Of a stretch of DNA of 37,305 nucleotides, positions 26,934 to 33,837 are shown piece by piece. How positions within the stretch are numbered: the first letter of the stretch is position 1; each line of letters begins with the position of its first letter. Source of the DNA: a virus. Both the position numbers and the translations under genes were made by a program. Under the pieces are notes generated by a model. The model was not told the DNA's origin. It was given only the letters and a program-made list of their open reading frames with translations, and did not search any database. The stretch lies in the IMG/VR virus record IMGVR_UViG_3300002061_000001; one strand, written 5' to 3'.

Positions 26934-27312
26934 GGATAGCGACGGCGATTACGGTATCTATAATCAGAGTATTCTTTATGGAATACCTCATGTTAGGTTC
27001 TCGAGTATCGCCGACTTTAAAAAAAGCGAAGTTGATTTTGATGTTGTTTTGACCGACCTCTCTATCATCGATTCGTCGTCGAGCGAGACGGTGAGAAAAA
27101 TCAGAGAAGAGACTGAGAAGCCTATTTTTGTGCTAACGGGCGCGGCGGGCATATATCTAACAGGCCGATCGTTTAAATCTATAATGGACGCGGGCGCGAC
27201 CGAGGTTTTTGAAAAAAATAAAACAAAAGACAAATCATATTCTGATATGATTAGATCTGTTTTAATGAGAGAGATTGGTTGCTTTGATGGCAGTAGCAAA
27301 GACGAGGGGTGA
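26917..27312 (+). CDS. Stand-alone response-regulator receiver (CheY-like) domain protein.
   Basis: 131 aa. LIVIEDSD (beta1 acidic pocket), FDVVLTD47LS (phospho-acceptor), PIFVLT74G, ATEVFEK100N. All canonical receiver positions are present with correct spacing, and there is no output domain. Confidence 0.7.
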   Translation: MLIVIEDSDGDYGIYNQSILYGIPHVRFSSIADFKKSEVDFDVVLTDLSIIDSSSSETVRKIREETEKPIFVLTGAAGIYLTGRSFKSIMDAGATEVFEKNKTKDKSYSDMIRSVLMREIGCFDGSSKDEG

Positions 27313-27532
27313 AAGATCGAGCGAGTTTAAAGCTGTTATGATAGCTTTTTGCGCGGGTTTTTTTCTCGCCGTTATTGCTCTTTTAAAGTCGAGCGACCCT
27401 GACCTCGCTCAGGTTGGTGTTTTAATCGGCGCGGTCACATTCCCTTTGATGTGGTATTGTGGCGCAAGAACAGTCTTTAAAATGAAGCAAGGTGAGGCCA
27501 GTTATGATCTTTCGCAAAAAGAAAAAGAGTAG
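27287..27532 (+). CDS. Two-TM small membrane protein, holin candidate.
   Basis: TM1 AVMIAFCAGFFLAVIALL, TM2 VGVLIGAVTFPLMWYCGA, charged C-terminus. Overlaps the receiver gene by 26 nt and the endolysin by 29 nt. Confidence 0.6.
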   Translation: MAVAKTRGERSSEFKAVMIAFCAGFFLAVIALLKSSDPDLAQVGVLIGAVTFPLMWYCGARTVFKMKQGEASYDLSQKEKE

Positions 27533-28091
27533 AATAAACCCCGCGCTTGTCGGCGTTGACCTGCCTAGCAAGTACAGGTTTTTGCTGTATGAGAAAAGCC
27601 CGAAAATACTTATCGAGTCTCTCAAGTTGCACGGCACTCTAGAGGTAAAAGGCGCGGGCAATAACCCCGTCATTCTCGGGTGGGCAAAAGAGGTCGGCGG
27701 TTGGATTGGTCGTTTTTACGATAAAGACTCAATACCTTGGTGTGGCCTGTATATCGCGCTTTTGTGTAAGCGTGCGGGTTTACCGTACAATCAAAAAGCA
27801 TTGTCGGCGCTGTCTTGGGCGGCTTGGGGTGAGCCTGTTGATGTGCCTATGCTCGGCGATATTTTGACATTTACGCGCAAGGGCGGCGGCCATGTCGGGC
27901 TATATGTTGGCGAGGACGAGACGCATTATCATGTTCACGGCGGCAACCAATCGGACTCGGTCAGCTTTACCCGTATAGCAAAGACGCGGTTTTATGAAGC
28001 TCGCCGCACAAAATGGAAATGGTCACAGCCTAAAAATATTAGGCGTATCTTTCTTGATGGTGTCGGCCGCATATCTGAGAATGAGGCTTGA
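27504..28091 (+). CDS. Endolysin, TIGR02594/NlpC-P60 (CHAP-like) cysteine peptidase family.
   Basis: GAGNNPVILGW, DSIPWCGLYIALLCKRAGL (catalytic Cys), GGGHVGLYVGED (His), HGGNQSDSVS. ATG 27504 lies 7 nt after aaggtgagg. Confidence 0.75.
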   Translation: MIFRKKKKSRINPALVGVDLPSKYRFLLYEKSPKILIESLKLHGTLEVKGAGNNPVILGWAKEVGGWIGRFYDKDSIPWCGLYIALLCKRAGLPYNQKALSALSWAAWGEPVDVPMLGDILTFTRKGGGHVGLYVGEDETHYHVHGGNQSDSVSFTRIAKTRFYEARRTKWKWSQPKNIRRIFLDGVGRISENEA

Positions 28092-28093
28092 TC

Positions 28094-28360
28094 ATGTTTG
28101 GACTGTTTAATATCGCACGAATAGCAGGGTTTCTCGCAAAGAATAAGCTGTATATTTACAGCGCCCTCGCGATCGCGGCCGTGTTCTTTGCGCTCGGCGC
28201 TTATTCGGGTTATAGTTTTAAGGACTACCTGAGCAACCGATCGACATTTAAAGAGATCAGTAAAAACCTAGAACTCAAAGAGGGTCTTGATGAAATACGT
28301 AATAACAGTGGCGGCCGCGATGATCTTATTGACGGCTTGCTCGACGGCAAATTTGAGTGA
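28094..28360 (+). CDS. i-spanin candidate (N-terminal TM, short periplasmic helix).
   Basis: TM LYIYSALAIAAVFFALGAYSGY. Lies directly after the endolysin, and its 3' end overlaps the lipoprotein gene. Confidence 0.5.
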   Translation: MFGLFNIARIAGFLAKNKLYIYSALAIAAVFFALGAYSGYSFKDYLSNRSTFKEISKNLELKEGLDEIRNNSGGRDDLIDGLLDGKFE

Positions 28361-28556
28361 AAAAGCTGTCGTGCAATCGCGCAAGGTCGCAATGCCCGAC
28401 GTTAAAAAATACCCTGAGAGCGATCTTATAAAGGCGGGCAAAGAGCTCAAGGCTTGCGAGAGATCAAAAGAGCTCGATTGCTCAATGATCGAAAAGCTGT
28501 TGATCGACGCTAAAATATTGCGCCGACAAGTCATTCACTTAATCGAAAACCTATAA
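28290..28556 (+). CDS. Outer-membrane lipoprotein, o-spanin candidate.
   Basis: MKYVITVAAAMILLTAC has the lipobox L-L-T-A-C. The start lies within the 3' end of the preceding TM gene (overlapped spanin architecture). Confidence 0.6.
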   Translation: MKYVITVAAAMILLTACSTANLSEKAVVQSRKVAMPDVKKYPESDLIKAGKELKACERSKELDCSMIEKLLIDAKILRRQVIHLIENL

Positions 28557-28582
28557 GGCGATTTAAAGCCCCGTGATGCGTT

Positions 28583-28819
28583 TTACTTGCCGCAATGAGG
28601 GCAAGTGCGCAAAGTTAAAACAATCGACCTAGCCATGTGTTTATGATTGATTAGCAACCCTTTCGCCTCAAGTTGGTCGACCAATCTACAGACTTGTGAT
28701 TTTGATTTTAATTTCATGGCCGCCGCGAGCTCAGAAAAACTCGGTGTCAGCTCGTTCTTTTTATAGAGCTCTTGAAAGACCTCGATAAATTTTTTCTCTT
28801 GTGCTGTCACGCCTTGCAT
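28583..28819 (-). CDS. LexA-type winged-helix DNA-binding-domain-only protein with a C-terminal CxxC.
   Basis: VTAQEKKFIEVFQELYKKNELTPSFSELAAAMKLKSKSQVCRLVDQLEAKGLLI aligns residue-class for residue-class with the LexA N-terminal domain. No S24 peptidase domain. Ends in CPHCGK. Confidence 0.65.
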   Translation of the reverse strand: MQGVTAQEKKFIEVFQELYKKNELTPSFSELAAAMKLKSKSQVCRLVDQLEAKGLLINHKHMARSIVLTLRTCPHCGK

Positions 28820-28821
28820 GA

Positions 28822-29517
28822 TTACCCCGCCTGTAAATTATCGAGAGACGTGTACGCGCCCGACTGAGTTGCTTTTGATGGTATGCTTTCAGGCTGAGAC
28901 CAACGGCCGAGCCTTTGGAGCTTGGCAATTCTCTCGCTCATAAGGTCTCTGAAAGACTCCATGCACGCCGCGAGCTCTTTGATGTACGCCTCGTCACGCT
29001 CGACCCTGACAGGCACGGGCATAAGGTCGGGGTGATAGAGCCAATAGTCACAATATTGACGATCTGAGACCCATAGCTGACCCTGTATTTGAGGGGTATG
29101 CTCGGCCTTGTGTACGTTTTCGATCATGTATGTCACATGGTTTTTCGTGTCGAGACACTTGATCTCGCCGCAACCATCGTCACCGATAAGGAAGTCAGGC
29201 GAGCAACCGAACGTCTTTTTGTCGTTGGTGATAAAACCGCTCGTCTCGGTCTTGACCCCGTTGATCATCTCGTAAGCCCGTCGAGCGTCAACCTCAAGTA
29301 TCTGGCCGCGCCTCATGTGAAAGGTCGGCTCAAAAATGCCTTGCGATTCGCCCGTCATAAGCTCGGCGATCTTAAGGTCGGCGTACGGCTTTGCTTGAGC
29401 TGATAACTTCATTGTTTTCGGTGTCATTATCTTTCCGAAATTTGATGCTGTCGGTATGCCAAGACGCGCCTCAAACCATGCGTCCTCGCCTTGAATGACG
29501 TTGTGATGTATTGGCAT
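28822..29517 (-). CDS. YqaJ/lambda-Exo-like recombination exonuclease (PD-(D/E)XK).
   Basis: QGEDAWFEARLGIPTASNFGKIMT and GCSPDFLIGDDGCGEIKCL (D...EIK catalytic motif). Confidence 0.8.
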   Translation of the reverse strand: MPIHHNVIQGEDAWFEARLGIPTASNFGKIMTPKTMKLSAQAKPYADLKIAELMTGESQGIFEPTFHMRRGQILEVDARRAYEMINGVKTETSGFITNDKKTFGCSPDFLIGDDGCGEIKCLDTKNHVTYMIENVHKAEHTPQIQGQLWVSDRQYCDYWLYHPDLMPVPVRVERDEAYIKELAACMESFRDLMSERIAKLQRLGRWSQPESIPSKATQSGAYTSLDNLQAG

Positions 29518-30377
29518 TATATCAACTCACCCTCTTTGGCGGTCTCGTCGTCGCTCGCCTCTTGTTGGCTGTTCTCGACTTTGGCTTTTGCTGTCTCAGC
29601 CTCGGCCGCCATGCGCGCCCGCTGATCTTCGATGCGCTTTTTCTTGGCTCTCAGCATATTCGCCGCCTTGAGGTAATTCTTTTGCTTGATCTGTTTGATC
29701 GCCGCAACACCCATAAATTCGCAGAACTGAGCAATGTCTGCATCGGTCTCGTCGATTAGGGATTGAAGAGAGGCGAGCTGATCGTCGTCGAGCTCATAAT
29801 CTATGAACTGGTTACCGTCGTCGTCGTCGCTTGTCTTAATGCCGAGCGCTTTGCAAAGGGCGAGCCTTTCGCCATATGTCATTGACGATGCGGCCGCGTG
29901 AGGCTTTGTCTTATTGATTGAGCCTTTGATGCCCGCATTATCAAAATGAATTTGCACGCGGTTTCGTTTTGAGTGCCCTGACTCATGCACGATCTCGCAC
30001 GTTGTGCCGATCAGGTCTTTCTCAGGGTAGTCGTTTTCGTAACGCTCAAAAAAACCGTGCTTTGCGAGCAACGGGTCAACGGCCTTTTTGATAGCCTCGA
30101 GGTCAGCGTATCGAGAGCTTGTTTGACCGTTTTGCTTGTTCTTAACGATCGTCACTTGAGCGAGCTCACGCCTGAGCGCCGCCATGCTCTTATTGTAGTC
30201 GATCTCAGCTTGACGATCGAGCACGCGCTCGTTCGCCGTGATTAAAGCGTTGATCTTCTCAACGTCGACCTCGGGGTTCGCGATAGCGACCTCGATAACG
30301 CTCGTCATGCTTTGCACGTTTTGCTCGGTCTTGTTCTCGGTCAAGGTGGTGACCGCCTGTTGTTTTGTATCTGTCAT
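29517..30377 (-). CDS. erf: ERF-family single-strand annealing protein.
   Basis: SRYADLEAIKKAVDPLLAKHGFF...TCEIVHESGH is typical of ERF. The stop overlaps the exonuclease start (TAATG). Confidence 0.7.
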   Translation of the reverse strand: MTDTKQQAVTTLTENKTEQNVQSMTSVIEVAIANPEVDVEKINALITANERVLDRQAEIDYNKSMAALRRELAQVTIVKNKQNGQTSSRYADLEAIKKAVDPLLAKHGFFERYENDYPEKDLIGTTCEIVHESGHSKRNRVQIHFDNAGIKGSINKTKPHAAASSMTYGERLALCKALGIKTSDDDDGNQFIDYELDDDQLASLQSLIDETDADIAQFCEFMGVAAIKQIKQKNYLKAANMLRAKKKRIEDQRARMAAEAETAKAKVENSQQEASDDETAKEGELI

Positions 30378-30405
30378 TTTTCAGCCTTTGGTTAGAGTGT
30401 CATGT

Positions 30406-30435
30406 ATAATATATTGATATAGTCAATAAGGTCAA
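30406..30435 (-). promoter_or_regulatory. Internal leftward promoter candidate: TTGACC-18 nt-TATTAT. It overlaps a copy of the conserved 16-mer.
   Basis: Minus strand reads aatagTTGACCttattgactatatcaataTATTATacatg, upstream of the erf RBS aaagg. Confidence 0.45.
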
Positions 30436-30440
30436 CTATT

Positions 30441-30779
30441 TTATTGTGAGTTTTTCTTTGTCGCCGAGATCATAAGCCTGTCCTTGTTTTCGACGTAGGA
30501 CATTATCACGTTGTCGCGCAACGTCTCGGTCTTTTGATACAGGTTACTCAGGTCAATATTGTGATTTTGAAACACGGCCTCGTTTTCGACCAAGTAAGAC
30601 CCGAACATGATTCGCAAGCCTTTAAATTGTTTTGAGCGTGCGAGCTCGTCGGCCTTTTTAAAAAACCGATTAAAGATAAAGGCGTAATGGTTGCCGTTTC
30701 TCTCGACAACGTCGCCCTTAATTCTCTCAAGGTGGTGAGTGCCGTCGAGGTGGTGAATACATAAATAGCAATTTATCAT
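30441..30779 (-). CDS. Hypothetical protein.
   Basis: 112-aa ORF with ATG start in the leftward operon. Confidence 0.6.
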   Translation of the reverse strand: MINCYLCIHHLDGTHHLERIKGDVVERNGNHYAFIFNRFFKKADELARSKQFKGLRIMFGSYLVENEAVFQNHNIDLSNLYQKTETLRDNVIMSYVENKDRLMISATKKNSQ

Positions 30780-30791
30780 GATATGCCCTTT

Positions 30792-30962
30792 CTATGACAA
30801 AACTGTGATCAGGTGATTAATGTAAGCGCCGCACAAAGCGCCGCATAAAAACATACGAACGCGCATTGATCGCGGCTGTTTTTGGGGTGGCCTATTGATT
30901 GGCGCTTGATTGGTTTTATCGAGTTGCACGACATTATCGTGCGTCTGGTTTTCGGTCGTCAT
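30792..30962 (-). CDS. Small protein with a C-terminal hydrophobic segment (56 aa, below the ORF-track cutoff).
   Basis: Minus-strand ATG at 30962-30960 preceded by aagaaagg, TAG at 30794-30792. It fills the gap between flanking genes. MFLCGALCGAYINHLI tail. Confidence 0.4.
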   Translation of the reverse strand: MTTENQTHDNVVQLDKTNQAPINRPPQKQPRSMRVRMFLCGALCGAYINHLITVLS

Positions 30963-30980
30963 GGTGTGAGCCTTTCTTGT

Positions 30981-31235
30981 TCAAATTAAATACAATGCAC
31001 GCAGTATGCTAGAGCGCAGACAGCGCCCCGCAATCCTTATCGAAACGCCTTGATAGTGTAGCGTTTTCTTAAATCTTTTTACCGCGCTCTCGCGAGCCTC
31101 TCTGGTCAATCTGTTAAGTAGATGCTCATGCTCGCCGACCCACATTTGAACGTAAACAGCGCAAAGAGCCTCATGATCAAGGTAAAGATAATCTAGGTCG
31201 TCTAGGCTGTTGAGCCAATCTTGAGCGTTATACAT
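30981..31235 (-). CDS. Hypothetical protein.
   Basis: 84-aa ORF. The start overlaps the upstream gene stop by 8 nt. Confidence 0.55.
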   Translation of the reverse strand: MYNAQDWLNSLDDLDYLYLDHEALCAVYVQMWVGEHEHLLNRLTREARESAVKRFKKTLHYQGVSIRIAGRCLRSSILRALYLI

Positions 31236-31668
31236 TTTGAGCCTCTCTAAAAAGCGGTTTTTGTTTATGGTCTATGTCGTCGATTATATCACTAAGCTCG
31301 AGCGCGAGCGAAAGGTCTGTAATTTTCGATATGAAATAACGAGCGTCGTCGAGCTGTGATGATTGCTCGGCCGTGTATTGTCGACCGAGCCTCTTGTTCG
31401 CGGTGACGCAAGCGATGTGACCAAGTATCAACTCGGCGGCCGCTCTTTTGGGTTTGCGCTCAGCCTCGATCTTTGATTTCTCGTCGAACTGATTCGTGCC
31501 GACCCATAACGAGACAGCATTGACGATCTTGTTGTTGTTCTTAATCTCATAAAGGCGGTGCTCTCGCGTGCCTAATAACGGCACAAAATAACGATCAATC
31601 GGCGCTATGCTGTCGGCTAACTTTGCAAGCGTAAACTGGCCTTTTAGTGTTTCAAAATATGTCGTCAT
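31228..31668 (-). CDS. Hypothetical protein, first gene of the leftward operon.
   Basis: 146-aa ORF. ATG preceded by aaagaggacgac (minus strand), about 30 nt downstream of the predicted leftward promoter. Confidence 0.65.
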   Translation of the reverse strand: MTTYFETLKGQFTLAKLADSIAPIDRYFVPLLGTREHRLYEIKNNNKIVNAVSLWVGTNQFDEKSKIEAERKPKRAAAELILGHIACVTANKRLGRQYTAEQSSQLDDARYFISKITDLSLALELSDIIDDIDHKQKPLFREAQNV

Positions 31669-31695
31669 GCCTCAAGTCGTCCTCTTTATGTTCAC

Positions 31696-31735
31696 TTGAC
31701 TGTTCTTATAATATTGATAATATAGATAATGTCAA
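31696..31735. promoter_or_regulatory. Overlapping divergent promoters. Rightward TTGACT(31696-31701)-16 nt-TAATAT(31718-31723). Leftward TTGACA(31735-31730)-16 nt-TATTAT(31713-31708).
   Basis: Hexamers read directly on both strands in the 88-nt gap between divergent starts at 31668 (-) and 31757 (+). Confidence 0.55.
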
Positions 31736-31756
31736 TAACAAAAAGGAATTAAGAAA

Positions 31757-31936
31757 ATGGCGAATGATATTAACAGTAAAGATCAGCGTATTACGTTTTA
31801 CGGCGGCGAGCTGAAACAAGAGCTCGTAAAGAAAATGGCTAAAGACCCGAGGTTTTTGAGCCTGACAAAATATGTCGCTCACTTGGTCGCGGTCGGGCTT
31901 GAGAATGATACCCTCGAAACGCCGATCAAAAGCTAA
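31757..31936 (+). CDS. Ribbon-helix-helix (Arc/CopG/MetJ-type) transcriptional regulator (59 aa, below the ORF-track cutoff).
   Basis: ATG 31757 after aaaaggaattaagaaa, TAA 31934-31936 overlapping the next ATG. QRITFYGGELKQELVKKMAKDPRFLSLTKYVAHLVAVGLE gives strand, helix, helix. Confidence 0.65.
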   Translation: MANDINSKDQRITFYGGELKQELVKKMAKDPRFLSLTKYVAHLVAVGLENDTLETPIKS

Positions 31937-32223
31937 TGAGTGAGGCTGACAAAAAAGCCCCTGAGATAGGGCACAACTCAGAACGCTTTGACAGCATAGC
32001 CGCAACACGAATCCGTCAATGTATGGATAGGGTCGGCAAGCTGACCGACGAGCGTAAGGATATTAACGACAGCATAAACGATGTATATGCCGAGATGAAA
32101 GGTGTCGGTTTTGACGTTAAGGTCTTGCGTAAACTGTTTAAGCTCGAGCGCATGGAGGCTGAAAAGAGGCGCGAGGCTCAAGAGTTGCTCGACCTGTATA
32201 AAGCCGCCCTCGGTATGGATTGA
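31936..32223 (+). CDS. gapR: GapR/DUF2312 (UPF0335) family DNA-binding protein.
   Basis: INDSINDVYAEMKGVGFDVKVLRKLFKLERM...AQELLDLYKAALGM closely follows the GapR signature i.d.ik.vyaEaK..GfD.kalR.ii.lRk...e....ildlY..alG. Confidence 0.75.
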   Translation: MSEADKKAPEIGHNSERFDSIAATRIRQCMDRVGKLTDERKDINDSINDVYAEMKGVGFDVKVLRKLFKLERMEAEKRREAQELLDLYKAALGMD

Positions 32224-32621
32224 TGCACAAGATTGTTTTGCCTTTTCCGCCTTGGTCTTTGTCGCCGAACGCACGAAACGACAGGCGCGGCATGACAAAA
32301 ACGCGCAAGGGCTATAAATTCATATGCGCGGGGTTGGCTCGTAATCTTAAAATAAGCCTCGACAAGAAGCCCGTCGCGATTGCAGTGCTTTTTTACCCGC
32401 CAAAATTAAACGTCGATCTTGATAACTGCCTCGCGGCCGCAAAGAGCGGTCTTGACGGTGTTGCTATAGGACTCGGCGTTGATGATAAATTTTTCAAACC
32501 CATCATAATTGACATTGTTGAGAGGGACTCACCGCATGGCCGAGTTGAGGTTTATATCGACAATGTTGACATTGTCGATAATTCGTTTAATAATCTCATA
32601 ACGAAAATGATAAGGACGTGA
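32223..32621 (+). CDS. rusA: RusA-family Holliday junction resolvase.
   Basis: PPWSLSPNAR..., VDLDNCLAAAKSGLDGVAIGLGVDDKFF (the D.DN...K...D...DD catalytic motif). ATG 32223 overlaps TGA. Confidence 0.75.
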   Translation: MHKIVLPFPPWSLSPNARNDRRGMTKTRKGYKFICAGLARNLKISLDKKPVAIAVLFYPPKLNVDLDNCLAAAKSGLDGVAIGLGVDDKFFKPIIIDIVERDSPHGRVEVYIDNVDIVDNSFNNLITKMIRT

Positions 32622-32622
32622 G

Positions 32623-33138
32623 ATGGCCAAAGATTTAACACATAAGAAAACGCTTGAAAATTTTAAAGAGTGGCTTGTCGGCCGAGGTGCTGAGATATTA
32701 CCGCCGACAAGCGAGTATGAAGTGCTAAGGTTTCGGGCGAACGCCGTGACGAGCATTGTTTATAAAAACGGGGCGGGCAATATATCTTATTACGCAAACG
32801 AGGCAAAGAAAGCATATCGCGCCTTTCGCGGCGACGGCGAATATAAGACCGACGCACGTAAAACGAAAAAGAGATTGAAGTCGAGCAAGAAAGAGCAACG
32901 CAAGGAAGCGGTGAGAGAGCGTGACGGCAACGACTGTTTCTTTTGCGGTGAGGTTGTCCCTAAGCAAGATCAGACCGTTGAGCACCTGCTCTCGCTCGCT
33001 CATGGCGGTAACCACCACCTGAGCAATCTCGCGCTCTCGTGCGCGTCATGCAACTATCTAGCGAGCCATATGAGCCTTGTTGAAAAAATAAAACTCAGAG
33101 AAGAGAAAAGAGGGGCGGTCTCAAATGGGAAAGCGTAG
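32623..33138 (+). CDS. HNH endonuclease with an uncharacterised N-terminal domain.
   Basis: CFFCGEVVPKQDQTVEHLLSLAHGGNHHLSNLALSCASCN (CxxC...H...N...H...CxxC). Confidence 0.8.
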   Translation: MAKDLTHKKTLENFKEWLVGRGAEILPPTSEYEVLRFRANAVTSIVYKNGAGNISYYANEAKKAYRAFRGDGEYKTDARKTKKRLKSSKKEQRKEAVRERDGNDCFFCGEVVPKQDQTVEHLLSLAHGGNHHLSNLALSCASCNYLASHMSLVEKIKLREEKRGAVSNGKA

Positions 33139-33727
33139 CGATTTCGAGCGTGTTGAGCGTGACTATTACCCGACCCCCGAGGTCGCGGTAATACCTCTCG
33201 TCGTTCATCTTGGGCAAGGGACAAAATTTATAGAGCCTTGCGGCGGCGGCGGTCACCTGATCGAAGCCCTTGAGTCGTACGGCCTTGAGTGCCTTGACAG
33301 CTTTGACATTGAGCCAAATCATGAGAGGGTCAACAAAATGGACGCTCTTGCATTGTGCGCATATTACGAAAAAACAAAGGCGACAGCGCTTATAACAAAC
33401 CCGCCTTGGCAGAAACAGAAAAGCGAGGGCGAAATATTTAATAAGCTCTTGCGGCACTGGCTGAGATACTTCGACGGCGACATATGGCTTTTGTTTGATG
33501 CTGATTGGATTCATACAGTGCAGTCTTTTGAGTTTAAAGAGTATTGCTCTTTAATCGTATCGGTCGGCCGCGTGTCTTGGTTAGGCAACGGCGTGAGCGG
33601 TGTTGATAATTGCGCATGGTATAAATTCAATAAAAATAACGCTAAGCCGACTGAGTTTTGTTGGCCGATTGGCGCACATGGGAGAAAAGAGATTAAGGCG
33701 ACGCTTGATCTTTTTGACGATACCTGA
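33125..33727 (+). CDS. Orphan N6-adenine DNA methyltransferase.
   Basis: DYYPTP, motif I FIEPCGGGGHL, motif IV LITNPPW. Overlaps the HNH gene by 14 nt. Confidence 0.8.
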   Translation: MGKRSDFERVERDYYPTPEVAVIPLVVHLGQGTKFIEPCGGGGHLIEALESYGLECLDSFDIEPNHERVNKMDALALCAYYEKTKATALITNPPWQKQKSEGEIFNKLLRHWLRYFDGDIWLLFDADWIHTVQSFEFKEYCSLIVSVGRVSWLGNGVSGVDNCAWYKFNKNNAKPTEFCWPIGAHGRKEIKATLDLFDDT

Positions 33728-33837
33728 GATAAATAAAACGTCGAGAGCACGAGATAGATTGGCCTTTATCTTAAAAGCATTATCAGCCTTTTGCGCCGCT
33801 CTCGACAACTCTTACAAGGCTGAAAGAAGAGGCTGAA

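Noticed and set aside
28585-28606. 7-bp inverted repeat ACTTGCC...GGCAAGT at the convergent junction of the lysis and leftward operons, considered as a bidirectional terminator.
   Set aside because: No U-tract follows it on either strand, and it lies inside the coding sequence (the CPHCGK tail) of the LexA-like gene. I could not identify a convincing terminator in 28557-28582.
31706-32008. 100-aa minus-strand ORF spanning the divergent promoter region, the RHH gene and the gapR start.
   Set aside because: It runs across the A/T-rich promoter gap and is antisense to two + strand genes with good RBS and recognisable folds. Its product is Leu/Ser/Cys-rich with no recognisable features.
33095-33514. 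139-aa minus-strand ORF antisense to the methyltransferase gene. Similar antisense ORFs occur at 811-1131, 2559-3035, 7678-8103, 8254-8661 and 17404-17865.
   Set aside because: Each lies wholly inside a + strand gene that has clear motifs or operon coupling. None has a convincing start context, and the + strand operon structure leaves no promoter for them.
33600-33836. 78-aa + strand ORF overlapping the methyltransferase 3' end and filling the gap before the initiator gene.
   Set aside because: It starts deep inside the methyltransferase in another frame, has no RBS, and its product is Arg/Leu-rich. The gap is better treated as a structured leader.
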